DNA from: Felis catus
Lineage: Eukaryota
DNA: 64,000 nt
Reading direction: 5' to 3'
Assembly: GCF_018350175.1 (NCBI RefSeq)
Contig: NC_058383.1
Location: forward strand, 17,918,001 to 17,982,000
Part shown: piece by piece, positions 21,990-34,100 of the stretch
Layout of the letters: the number at the start of each line of letters is the position of its first letter
How positions within the stretch are numbered: the stretch's first letter is position 1
The notes under the pieces: generated by a model
Databases searched by the model: none
Told to the model about the DNA's origin: nothing
What the model saw: the letters and a program-made list of their open reading frames with translations, nothing else
Made by a program: the position numbers and the translations under genes

Positions 21990-23270
21990 CAAATATCTAT
22001 GAATAGACACATGAAAAGATGTTCAACACCACTGATCATCAGGGAAATGCAAATCAAAACTACAAAGAGATTTCACCTCACACCTGTCAATGTCTAAAAT
22101 CAGAGGCACCTGGGTGGCTCAGTCGGTTAAGCATCTGACTCTTGATTTCGGCTCAGGTAATGATCTCGAAGTTCGTGAGTTTGAGCCCTGCATCGGGCTC
22201 CGCACTGACAGTGTGGAGCCTGCTTAGGATTCTCTCCCTTTTCTTCTGCCTCTCCCCTGCTCACTCTCTCTCTCTCAAAAATAAACTTAAAAAAAAAAGT
22301 TTAAAATCAACAACACAAGAAACAACAGGTGTAGGCTAAGATATAGGGAAAAAGGAGTTCCTGTGCACTGTTGGTGGGAATCCAAACTGGTGCAGCCACT
22401 GTGGGAAACAGAAAAATGGAGTTTCCTCAAAAAGTTAAAAATAGGGCGCCTGGGTGGCGCAGTCGGTTAAGCGTCCGACTTCAGCCAGGTCACGATCTCG
22501 CGGTCCGTGAGTTCGAGCCCCGCGTCAGGCTCTGGGCTGATGGCTCGGAGCCTGGAGCCTGTTTCCGATTCTGTGTCTCCCTCTCTCTCTGCCCCTCCCC
22601 CATTCATGCTCTGTCTCTCTCTGTCCCAAAAATAAACGTTGAAAAAAAAAATTAAAAAAAAAAAAGTTAAAAATAGAACTATCCTATGATGCAGCAATCG
22701 CACTACTGGGTATTTACTCAAAGAATTAAAAAAACACTAATTCAAAGTGATATATGCACCCCAGTGTTTATAGCAGCATTATCAACAATAGCCAAACTAT
22801 GGAAAGAGCCCAAATGTCCGCCAACTGATGAATGGATAAAGATGTGATATGTATATGCAATGGAATGTTATTCAGGTATAAAAAAGAATGAAATCTTGCC
22901 ACTTACAATGACATGAATGGAGCTAGAATATGATGCTAAATGAAGTAAGTCAATCAGAAAAAGATAAACACCATATGATTTGACTCACATGTGGAATTTA
23001 GGAAACAAATGAACAAAGCTGGGGTGGGAGGGGGAAGAGACAAACCAAGAAACAGACTCTTAATTATGGAGAACAAATTGATGGGATTACCAGAGGGGAG
23101 GAGGGTGGAGAGATTGACTAAATAGGTGATGGGGATGAAGGAGTGCACCTGTCGTGATGAGCACTGGGTGATGTGTAGAACTGTTGAATCATTATAATGT
23201 ACACCTGAAACTAATATAGCACTGTGTGTTAACTGAGTGGAATTAAAATAACAACTTTTAAAAAGCACTC
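21990..23270 (+). mobile_element. L1 3' end (ORF2 tail/3'UTR) with two nested Can-SINEs (~22103-22300, 22445-22660)
   Basis: atgaaaagatgttcaaca...atcagggaaatgcaaatcaaaactaca; gttggtgggaat...; tgaatggataaag; ...tgtacacctgaaactaatata. Confidence 0.85.
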
Positions 23271-23313
23271 TTATCAAATTGTTAAATGTCATTTTCCTAA
23301 AAATAAATGAACA

Positions 23314-23529
23314 GGGGCACCTGGGTGGCTCAGTCGGTTGAGCGTCCGACTTCAGCTCAGGTCACAGTCTCGCGGTCCGTGAGTTCGAGCCTCGCTGTTG
23401 GGCTCTGGGCTGATGGCTCAGAGCCTGGAGCCTGCTTCTGATTCTGTGTCTCCCTCTCTCTCTGCCCCTCCCCCGTTCATGCTCTGTCTCTCTCTGTGTC
23501 AAAAATAAATAAATGTTAAAAAAATTTTT

Positions 23530-23573
<44 letters not shown>

Positions 23574-23575
23574 AC
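23314..23575 (+). mobile_element. Can-SINE with (TAAA)n tail
   Basis: SINEC head and body followed by a tetranucleotide repeat at 23531-23574. Confidence 0.9.
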
Positions 23576-24210
23576 ATGTCAAAAAATAATATATAGATGT
23601 GTATTCACTAGAGAACAGTGTACAAAACATATGAAGTGACAAAAACAGGATTCCAAACAAAGTTATAGTATGATCCTAGTTTTGTAAATATGTTTATTCA
23701 CATTTATAGAGCTAGGAGAGAATCTAGAAGGATAAACATCAAAATAGGGTTATACCATGGTAGTGATACTGGATGTATATATCTTTTTAAAAATTGTTTT
23801 TAAATGTTTACTTTTGAGAGAGAGCAAATGAGCAGTAGAGAGAGGGGGACACAGAATCCGAAGCAGGCTTCAGGCTCTGAGCTGTCAGCACAGAGCCCAA
23901 CGCGGGGCTGCAACTCAAAAACTGTGAGATCATAACCTGAGCCAAAGTTGGATGCTTAACCAACTGAGCCACTCAGGTGCCCCTAGATGCACACATTTCT
24001 ATTCCATTTGCATTTTCTATTTTTTCTGTAAGAATGTGTTGATTATACAGCAAATAAATGAATATACATGTTATTTTCTTAAAGGCTCTTCAATAACTTA
24101 GGGAAGACCTGATCAGTTTGAACCCAGGGCAGATGCAAGGGGGTGGAAGGTGTAAAGAGAAGGAGGCCAATTATTTCTGATAGGAAGGTTCTGGAAACCA
24201 AGTGGATATT

Positions 24211-24976
24211 CAACTGACCCTTGAACAATGCAGGGATTAGGGACGCCAACCTTCTGCACAGTTTGAAAATGCACGTACAACTTTTGACTTCTCCAAAACT
24301 TAACTACTAATGAAATACTGTTGACCAGAAGCCTCAACAAGATAAACAGTTAACCCATATTGTGTATATATACTGTGTTTTTACAATAAAGTAAGTTGGA
24401 GAAAAGAAAATATTATTAAGAAAAGTTTAAGAGGGGCTTCTGGGTGGCTCAGTCGGTTGAGCTTCTGACTCGATATTGGCTCAGGTCATGATCCCAAGGT
24501 CGTGAGATCAAGCCCCCCATCACACTCCACACTGGGCATAGAGTCTGCTTGGGATTCTCTCTCTTTCCCTCTGCCCCCTCCCTCACCCCCACATGCTCTC
24601 TTTCTCTCTTCAAAATAAAAAAAAGAAAAAAGAAAATCATAAGAGAAAATACCTTTATAGTACTGTACTGTATTTATTGAAAAAAAAATCTTCATAGGGG
24701 CACCTAAGTGGCTCAGTCAGTTGGGCGTCTGACGTTGGCTAGCGTCATGATCTCATGCTTCATGGGTTCGAGCCCCACATGGGGCTCTGTGCTGATAGCT
24801 CAGAGCCTGGAGCCTGCTTGGGATTCTGTCTCCTCTCTCTGCCCCTCGGCTGCTTGTGTTCTCTCTCTCTCTCTCAAGGATGAATAAACACTAAAAAAAA
24901 AAAAAAAAAAAAAGAAAAAAATCTGCATATAGATGGCCCTGCACAGTTTAAACCCGTGTTGTTCAAGGGTCAACTG
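24211..24976 (+). mobile_element. Tigger2a-like TcMar MITE with two nested Can-SINEs
   Basis: Terminal inverted repeats caactgacccttgaacaa (24211) and ttgttcaagggtcaactg (ends 24976); internal cttttgact...aaaacttaactactaat. Confidence 0.8.
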
Positions 24977-25677
24977 CACTTGTGGAGAGCATCGGGGAGG
25001 AGCTCAGAGTTTTAATTAAGACTTTAGGGCTGCTCGGCGAGATAACAAATGCTGGAGGAAGAGCTGTGGTGGCATGAGGAGGGGTATAATTAGCCCTTCC
25101 CTTGGCTTCTCAAAGTACTCTGTTTATCTTCTTGTTACACTACATTTTTAGCACCAGTGCTCTGTGACACACTTGTGGCTGTCTCTGTCTCCCCAGCGGG
25201 CCGAAACCCTGACTGATTCACTGTCCGGATCCTCAGCAAGGAGATTTGAGATGATGACATGTCACACCCCTCGGCTGGAGTAATGCTAGCAATAACTAGC
25301 ATTCTGCGTGAGCTCATCTCATATGCTGGGTACTCAACTAAGAGCTTAATGTGGATTAGGCCATAGAATCCCCACTGTGACCCTAAGAGGTAGAATTATT
25401 AACGTTTAACAGATAAAGAAACTAAGTCACAGAGAAGTTAAAGTCAGATGGCCACGATCACACATTTCTTAATCACGATGTCTCCATAATCCTAGGACTC
25501 TCGCACAACATTGGAGTTTTGTGTGGCAGGAGATTCCAATCCTATCTGATAGATAAAGAAAGTAAAGCTCAGAGAGGTTTTCTCCAAGGTTACATGAAGG
25601 GGACAGTAATAGAAATGAGTGTGAAGGGTAAGATAGACATATGGCAACATGGATGAATCTTAAAAAATAACACTGAA

Positions 25678-26025
25678 TGGGGGTGCCTGGCTGGCTCAGT
25701 CAGAAGAGCGTGCGAGTCTTGATCTTGGGGTCATGGGTTCGAGCCCCATGTTGGATGTAGGGATTATGAAAACAAAACTTTAAAAATTTTTACTCTGTCT
25801 TGGGACGCCTGGGTGGCTCGGTCAGTTAAGCGTCTGACTTCAGCTCAGGTCATGATCTCACGGTCCGTGAGTTCAAGCCCCGGGCTCTGTGCTGACAGCT
25901 CAGAGCCTGGAGCCTGTTTCGGATTCTGTGTCTCCCTCTCTCTCTGACCCTCCCCTGTTCATGCTCTGTCTCTCTCTGTCTCAAAAATAAATAAATGTTA
26001 AAAAAAAAAGTAAAAAAATTTTTTT
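25678..26025 (+). mobile_element. Two adjacent Can-SINEs (short older type and felid type)
   Basis: Two ggg(t/c)gcctgg...ggctc heads with A-rich tails. Confidence 0.85.
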
Positions 26026-26199
26026 AAAATAGTGATGAATGAAAAAGTTAACAAATACATATTCATAGATATATAACCGTTTGCGTCAACATGCACCGCA
26101 TACTACACATTTTTCAAAATGTATACAAAGCAAAAAATTACACACAAAGCACATTAGGGTGGTTGCCTTAGGGCGAGGGATAGGAGTGAGCTATGAGGC

Positions 26200-26600
26200 T
26201 ACCTTAGTCTGCTTCAGCTGCCATAACAGAATACCACGGACTAGGAATCTTAAACAAAAGACATCAACTTTCACATAGTTCTGGAGACCGGAAGTCCAAC
26301 ATCAAGGTGCTAGCAGAGTTGGTTTCTGGCGAGGTTGATTTCTGGTTTCCTTGGGTCGCAGAGAGCCACCTTCTGTGTCCTCACATGGTCACATGGCCCC
26401 TCCTCTGGGCCTGCGCAGAGATCACAGGTGTCTTTTCTTATAAGGACCCCAGACCTGTTACTGGATTGAAGTCCCTTATGACTTCATTTAACCTCAATTA
26501 CCTTCTTAAAGGCCCTATCTCCAAATACAATCACATTGCGGGTTAGGGCTCCATCACATGATTTTGGGGTCGGGGGGACACAGTTGAGTTCGCAACAGGG
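26200..26600 (-). mobile_element. MLT1 (MaLR) solo LTR
   Basis: aagtccaacatcaaggtgctagcag...ccctatctccaaatacaatcacatt...ggggacacag. Confidence 0.75.
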
Positions 26601-27899
26601 GTTAATAGGGAAATAATAAATAGAACCACAAGGAATGGGAAAAGAAAATGAGGTTGGAGCAGTAGACAGGATCCAGATCAAGCAGGGCCCAATAGGCCAT
26701 AGGAAGGAGATCATCTGTAAAGGCTCAGAGAGGTCACTCAGTTCGTAAAGTCTAACGCCAGGGTTTGTGTATGTAGCTGATTGATTCCAAAGCACATGTC
26801 ATCTGACACTGCTTGAGTCCTGATAACTAAGTGGAAATGCATGTATTTCATTTTACCATGAGGAAAATGGAGTTTAGAGAAGTCAAATGACTTGCCCAGG
26901 TCACGTAGTAAGTGATAGAACTGAGGTTTGCAGAGTTCTTTCTGCCTCCAAAGCAAGGCTCCTTTTATATGTTCTGCAGCCTCCCAGCCTTTGGCCCTGA
27001 CCAACTTCATTCACTTGTTATTTTACGCACTCATTCATCGAGTATATTATTTATTGGCACCTTCTCTGTGCCAGGCCCTGTGCAAGACACCGAAGACATA
27101 GAAATGAAGAGAACATGGTCCCTGCCCTCAGAAAGCTCAGCCAGTAGAAAAGATAGCCAGATAAACAAATGAGAGCATTGGAGAGGCTTGTGAAAGGTGT
27201 TAGGGTCTGGAGGAGGGAAAATGACTCTGCCTGGGGTAGTTGCGCAAGATTTCTTAGAGGAAGATCTTTGAATCAAACCCTTGAAAGATCAAGAATACCA
27301 GAAGAAAAAACTCAATGTGGGCAGAACAAAGGATGTGGGCACTCTCCAAGGGCAAGTGAGAGAAGGGGTGATGAGTCCAGATGTGGAAGGCTCTGACTAC
27401 CAGGCCAGAACTCAGACTTAATTCTGAGGCCACTGGGAAGCCCCTGAAGGGGCTAGAGCAGGTGAGTGCCTTGGCCAGGATTCTAAAGTACGGTATCTCT
27501 GCCAGGGGTGTCCAAAGACTTGAAGTCCTTTTAAGAATCAGTTGAGCTGGTAAGGAAAATTGACGGCCCCTCCCACCTCTAATCTTGTTATGACTTTTGG
27601 TCCACGTAGACCGTGGGAACTTTAAAAAATTTTAACCATCCCAGTCAAAGCCTTCATCTCACTTACTAGAGATACTAACTTCCTTCCTTCCTCTCTGCCT
27701 ACACCCACCTCCCACCAGGGTGATGGGGCTACAGTGGGGGCTTGGGAAAAAGGTGTGTAGAGAACCGAGGGGTTGAAGCTTCCCATGGTGGGGGGGGGGG
27801 GGTTGCCAAAGGGATCCCGTAAGTGAGAACTCCAGGTATTCTTGGTCTTGGCTTTCCCCACCTCTCCGGCCCAGTTTGAGCATCTCAGCTTCCTACATT

Positions 27900-27998
27900 G
27901 CCCGCCCCCCCCTTTTTTTTTTTTTTGCCACACTCAACTTCCTGCCTCACCAGAGGAAGTGGAGAGAGACAGCAGGTGCAGCGACAGCTAGCAGGACC
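27900..27998 (+). promoter_or_regulatory. SEPTIN1 proximal promoter/5'UTR with ETS sites
   Basis: GC box 27900-27910, acttcctg ~27937, PU.1-like gaggaagt 27953-27960, directly before the ATG exon. Confidence 0.5.
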
Positions 27999-30900
27999 AT
28001 GGTGAGTCCTTATGCCCAGGAATACAGGCATCTCTGCCTTCAGCCCCCAGCCCCCAGAGTAGCCAGATCCAGGCCAACCCACAGCAGGCTGACTTCTCGC
28101 TCCTGAGGTCAGGTTATACCGGAGGGCCCTTCCTGCTGCCCCCAGCAGCCTCATACTGTCTACCCCCCACCAACAGGACAAGGAGTATGTGGGTTTCGCT
28201 GCCCTCCCCAACCAGCTGCACCGCAAGTCCGTCAAGAAAGGCTTTGACTTCACACTCATGGTGGCAGGTCTGATGGGTTTTGTATAGGGGACCGGTGGGG
28301 GGAGGGGGTCCTCAAGCCACTCTGGCTGTCTCCTCACCTGACCAGGAGGACCTGTCCTGTCTACAGGGGAGTCAGGCCTGGGAAAATCCACCCTCATCAA
28401 CAGCCTGTTTCTCACCAATCTCTATGAGGACCGGCACCTGCCAGAGGCCAGTGGTAAGATCCTCCCGTCCTCTCCAGGTTCTCTGTCTCTCCCATCCCCA
28501 GGCTGCACTCTCTTTCTTTTCATCTGGGTCTCCCATGACTTTCTGGGGGACTCAGGCAGCTCGCTGCTTTCTTGAGAAACTGAAAGATGGCTGGGGGCAA
28601 CTGTGATTCTGAGAACGGAGATCAGTCCTGTCTCAGGCCCCTACCCAGCTCCCTGTCCTCCCTGTCCTCTCTCTGTCCTCACAGCTCGCTTGACACAAAC
28701 ACTGACCATTGAGCGCCGGGGTGTGGAGATCGAGGAGGGGGGTATAAAGGTGAAGCTGACCCTGGTGGACACACCTGGCTTTGGGGACTCAGTGGATTGC
28801 TCAGACTGGTGAGGAGCAGGGGAAGGAGCGGGGGCTAAGCTTCCTGGTATGGCTACTCTATGAAGACTAAGGGATCAGTTACAGGGCTGGTCTGCTCTGC
28901 CCCTGCTCTCCCCAAAAGGTGGGGTCTGTTTCTGGTGTCCATGCAGCCAAAGTGCCCAGTGTTTCCTGACACCCTGCCAGTCTCCTCTGATGTCTTTAGT
29001 TGGAGCCAAAGAAACAAGTCCCCCTGCCCCCCCCCAACTCCTGGCTAGCCTTGGCCCCTTCCCTATGCTGTGGCCCCTCATCTCTGACTGTACTCTCTCC
29101 TCCCATACCCTAGCTGGCTGCCTGTAGTGCGCTTTATTGAGGAGCAATTTGAGCAGTATCTTAGGGATGAGAGTGGCCTGAACCGGAAGAACATTCAGGA
29201 CTCCCGTGTCCACTGCTGCCTCTACTTCATCTCACCCTTTGGCCGAGGGTCTGGGGGGATACCCTGGGGGCTGGGGTGTTTGGGGAGGGGTGGGGGAGGG
29301 TCTCAGTGGCTTAAGACTGAACCCTGACCAAATCCCTCGGTGCAGGCTCCGTCCCCTAGATGTGGCCTTTCTCCGGGCAGTGCACGAAAAGGTCAACATC
29401 ATCCCAGTCATTGCCAAAGCAGATGCCCTGATGCCTAAGGAAACCCAGGCCCTCAAGCAGAGGGTAGGTCTGGTGACCTCTGACCTTTGGCCCTACATGA
29501 AACCAAAAGTCGCCATCAAACCTGAACTCAGCTTTGACTTCGTTGATCTTGGGCTAGCCTTTTGGAAGCATGATGTGTCAGGCTAGTCTGTGGGAGAAAA
29601 TTCCTGAGGAAGATGGGGAGTAAGCTGACTGAAGGAGCTGTGTCTCTGGAGGCTCAGAATGGAACCCCTGGGCTGGATGCTTTGCTAAGGCCTGAGAGTG
29701 GCAGCAAAGATATGATCACTCTTGATAGCCCTCCAGCCCCAGGATAATGACCCCCACTCCAATGACTTAAGTAATCTCTACACTCAACATGGGGCTGAAA
29801 CTCACAATCCCCGAGATCAAGAGTCACATGCTCCACGGACTGAGCCAGCCAGGCACCCCTTTGAGATTTTGGTTTGGGGTATCCTATATGTCCACCTCTC
29901 ACCATCTCTTTCATGTCTTTCTCTCTGTCTCTGACCACCTGGGACCTGTATCTCATTGTCTCCCACCAGGCAATGTCTGCTGCTCACAGCCTCTGTGTTT
30001 CTCTCTGTGTCTGTTCCCAGATCCGGGACCAGTTGAAGGAGGAGGAGATCAACATCTACCAGTTTCCCGATTGTGACTCTGATGAGGACGAAGACTTCAA
30101 GAGGCAGGATGCAGAGATGAAGGTGCAGAGGCAAAAGGAGGAAGGGGCAGAGAAGCAGGGGAGGAGGAGGTGTTGGTGGAAGCTGACAAGGAGGTTTCTG
30201 GCGAGGAGGGGCCAACGGTGATTCCCTGACTTCTGCCCTCCAGGAAAGCATCCCTTTCGCAGTTGTCGGTTCCTGCGAGGTAGTGAGGGACGGTGGGACC
30301 CGTCCAGTGAGGGGACGCCGCTACTCCTGGGGTACTGTGGAGGGTGAGTAAGGTGGGGCACGCGTTCTGAGGCCAACAGGGAGCCCAGAACGCCGCTGAG
30401 TTAACAGCACCCAACATATGAAGTTGGGACGATCTCCGGTCCCGGGGGTCTTAAGAATCAAGAGGGGTCCTTGGACTGCAGACCCTCACCTAGAGTGGGG
30501 GCAGGACTCCGGGCAGACTTGACCCGGCCAAGAAGCTCCCTGACGCTCGCCGGTCCGCCCCTCAGTGGAGAACCCACATCACTGCGATTTCCTGAACCTG
30601 CGACGGATGCTGGTGCAGACACACCTACAGGACCTGAAGGAGGTGACCCACGATATTCTCTATGAGGGCTACCGGGCCAGCTGCCTACAAAGCCTGGCCC
30701 GGCCTGGGGCGCGTGATCGAGCCAGCCGCAGGTGAGAGCTCGAGCTCAGTCCTAGATGCTCCCAAGGCCCGGCCCTCACTACCCCGGACCCCGCCTTCAC
30801 CATCCAGACCGATCCCCCAGAATCTTTCCCCACCCACTTTGCTGACGGCATTGGAAGGACAAGGCCCCGCCTCCTAGACCCCAACCTCGCCCCACGCCCT

Positions 30901-31269
30901 GCCTCGCGGCTGTGACCCACAACCAAGGGTCCCGTCCTTGATTCCCTGTCCTCCCCCCCCCCCCACCCCGCCCTCTAGTAAGCTTTCCCGCCAGAGCGCT
31001 ACAGAGATCCCGCTGCCCATGCTGCCTCTGGCCGAGACCGAGAAGTTGATCCGCGAGAAAGATGAAGAGGTGAGCAAGTACCTCGCTTCCCACCCCCCCT
31101 CCCCGACCAAGAATCCAAGTCCTCTGCGAAGTCCCTTTCTGGCCTCGCCCGGTCCCACCGCCTGCAATCTTGCCCCGCGCAGCTGCGCCGCATGCAGGAG
31201 ATGCTGGAGAAGATGCAGGCCCAGATGCAGCAGAGCCAGACTCAGGGCGAGCAGTCGGACGCACTCTGA
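27999..31269 (+). CDS. SEPTIN1: Septin-1, 367 aa, 11 coding exons
   Basis: Exons 27999-28001, 28177-28267, 28367-28453, 28685-28808, 29114-29248, 29346-29463, 30021-30122, 30244-30343, 30566-30731, 30979-31069, 31183-31269; all GT-AG and phase-consistent (1104 nt). G1 GESGLGKS, G3 DTPG, G4 AKAD, septin-unique element RGRRYSWG, C-terminal coiled coil ending QSDAL*. Confidence 0.97.
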
Positions 31270-31534
31270 GGCCCCCGCCCCGGCCCTGCTTTACCTCGGC
31301 TCCGCCTTCAGTCCGTCTTTTGTCCAATCCCCGAGCCTCTGGCTGCCGGGCGCTTAATCCCAGAGCCCCAAACTGAGAAGTCCGCCCCGGCGCTGGGTTC
31401 TCGGGCTAACAGGTTCCCGCAATGCCAGAGTTTGTAGCTCCGACTTTGGCCCCGCCCCTCCCCGCCCCGCCCCGCGCTTCCCACCCCGCCCCCTGACTCC
31501 CATCTCCGCCCCTCTTCCCCCAAGTTGTGACTTC

Positions 31535-31540
31535 AATAAA
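31535..31540 (+). terminator. Polyadenylation signal (AATAAA) of SEPTIN1
   Basis: aataaa about 265 nt after the stop codon. Confidence 0.8.
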
Positions 31541-31754
31541 AAGTTTCCCCGAAGCCACTCGCGTCTTCGCTTTCCCAGCGGGAATAAGTAGCGGGTGAAA
31601 CCGCCCCACCCAGGCCTCCGGGCCACTCTTTACTCATTCATTTGTTGGGAGCTGTCTTGGTACCAGGCAGTGTTTCAGCCGGGCATCCCACCTGAGCCCC
31701 TCTCCCACAAATGCACCGAAGGCGCCGCAGCTAAGAAACAAAGACCAGTTGAGT

Positions 31755-31760
31755 TTTATT
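31755..31760 (-). terminator. Polyadenylation signal (AATAAA) of MYL11
   Basis: tttatt on + strand, 65 nt past the stop codon. Confidence 0.8.
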
Positions 31761-31824
31761 AGGAGTCGGGGTGGGGGGTCGGACTGGCAGGAGGCATTGG
31801 CCAGCAGAGGCCTAAGAGGGTCCC

Positions 31825-33894
31825 CTACTCCTGGTCCTTGGCGTCGCCATGCGTGATGACGTAGCAGATGTTCTTGTAGTCTACATTGCCTCCCACGTCG
31901 GGGGGGAACGCTGCCCACATGTTCCTGATCTGGGGAAAGATTCAGGGGCGTCTTCTACCGGTTGCGTACGCTCCCCTCACCCCTCCCTCTGCGTCTCCCG
32001 GGCCCCTCCCCAACTCACCTCTTCCGGGGAGAAGCGGTCGCACTGCGTGGTAAGCAGCTCCTCCAGGCTGGAGAGAGGTGACATATGGGGAGTTGAGACT
32101 GGGCTTCGTGGTTCCTTTCCACTCCCTCCCACCTCATCCTTTGTTGTCATTCCTGGTATCATCTTCAAAACCGAAGTCACTGTAGATCCCTCACTGGTCT
32201 CCCAGTCTGGCCTCCCTGCTTTTGCTCTTCCCCTCCCGAATGTGCTATCAAAATGTACTCCTATTGCCCATTTCCACAGTTCTAATTTTTCCCTTATTCC
32301 CTCCCTTATACCTAACCCTTGGTAAGAATTTAAGGAGGCTTTCTGTGTGTGAGCAGCTGGAGAGGGTCACTTACAACTGCTTCTTGATGGTGCCCTTCCC
32401 CTCATGATCCAGGACCTTGAAGGCTCCAGTGATCACGTCCTCAGGATCAGCACCTGCAGGGTCAGAGGGCATGTGAAGCGGAAGGGTCCCTGAACGGTCT
32501 GTCCTTGAAAGGTCTGGGGAGGAGTGGTTGGGGGCTTAGATCCAAGACACTTCATTCACCTTTAAGCTTCTCTCCAAACATGGTCAGGAAGACGGTGAAG
32601 TTGATGGGACCACTGGCTTCCTTCATCATGGCATCTAGCTCCTCATTCTTCACATTGAGGCGCCCTGGAGCAGGGTGGGGGGAGCTGGAGTGGGGTCCTG
32701 GGGCCAAGGGTTGATCCTTCCCATAATTTCAGATCATCCCACCCACTTTTTGCCTGGGCAGGCTGAGGCCCAAGGTGGGGCTAGCAGGGCTGAAACCCAA
32801 GGCTTCCATATTCCCAGTACTTCCTCAGTCTTGAGTCTTTATGGGTGGGATAAGGGGCTCACCCATGGCTGCGAAGGTGTCCCGCAGATCTTCCTTGTCG
32901 ATAATGCCATCACGGTTCTGGTCGATTACCGTGAAGGCCTGCGCAAGGTAGGGGCAGGGAGGGGTTAGGTCCCTTATGGCCGGGCTTCAGCATCCCTATC
33001 CCAGGCAGATCAGATTCTGGCCCCCAGCCAGCTGTCTTCTTACATGCCAAGCAGGGAGGGGAGCAAGGAATTCTAAACCCTTCCCCTCCCCCCCCCAAAC
33101 AGGTGCACATTCCAGGGAGGGGTATGAGGGGGGAGGAACAGCAGGGGGTGCCTTTGGTCAGCCTTCAGTCTCCCTTCTCCTCTCACCTCCTTGAACTCTT
33201 GGATCTGAGTCTGGTCGAACATGGAGAAGACATTGGAGCTTCCGCCCTCTGCTGCCGCCCTTCTCCTGGCCTTCTTGGGTGCCTGCGGGGTGAGGGATGG
33301 GCAAAGGGGTCTATGGGCCAATCCCTACTCCTCTCTGGAGGCAGTGGATTAGATTCAGGGTTCTTTGGGTCATTTTTCTAAAGCAACTGTTCTGGCTCTA
33401 GGCTTCCCCTCCCTTATGACCTCTGCTGAGGGGACTTGCTTAAATCTGTATCCCTAAATTCCTGTCCTTCATCCTACCCAACAAGTGGGACTTCTCAACA
33501 AGTCCCCTTCTCTGTGCCCTGAGCCTGTCTCCTCTGAGTCCCAGACTTGTTGTGTGACCTAATCTACTCATTCACCCTGTCTGAACCTCTACTTCCTCAT
33601 TTATAAAATGGGAGTTGGACTTCTTGCCTGGCTGGTCCCAGAGGGTTTGGGGAAGAGGGAGTGCAGAAAGGTGCAGAGGATGCTTTGAGAGGGACAGGTC
33701 TGTGAGTGGAGAGTCTGGGCAGATTATCCTTGGTTGGGTCCTTTAAGCCGTCATTCTGTACGATCCCCATTAGTAATGCCAAGAAAGGGAGGATTCATCT
33801 TTTTTTCTCTTACTGGACTGGGAATCGGCTATGTTCTTTTCAAAAGTGAAGCTGCCCTGAGGTCTGAGGGGTCTGGGGGATTCTCACTCACCAT
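31825..33894 (-). CDS. MYL11: Myosin regulatory light chain, fast skeletal (MYLPF), 170 aa, 7 coding exons
   Basis: Exons 33894-33892, 33282-33187, 32938-32863, 32664-32560, 32453-32375, 32067-32019, 31929-31825 (513 nt). [51 protein letters not shown]... (EF-hand), ending [10 protein letters not shown]. Confidence 0.97.
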
Positions 33895-33959
33895 GTCTTC
33901 GGTCTCCTGGGGGCAAGGCAGTGGCTCTGGCTGGAAAGGAGCAGAGTCAGCCTGGGGCA

Positions 33960-34100
33960 GTCCCTCTGGGGTTATATAGTCCTGCCCCAGGGAGCCCTCA
34001 ACATTCCAAGGTAACCTTAGCCCTTTCGGTGCCCACCCCAGATACCAAAATAGCCCAGCTGAGGGCCTCTCCTTTCTTGGAGGGCCAAGCAGCAGCTGGA
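33960..34100 (-). promoter_or_regulatory. Muscle-type promoter of MYL11
   Basis: TATA box (ctatataa on - strand, 33972-33979), MEF2/CArG-like ctattttgg (34045-34053), CAGCTG E-boxes at 34056 and 34093. Confidence 0.7.

Noticed and set aside
25170-25290. Acceptor-like tgtctctgtctccccag and a box C-like ATGATGA upstream of SEPTIN1
   Set aside because: No convincing donor, ORF or properly placed box D, so neither an exon nor a snoRNA can be supported
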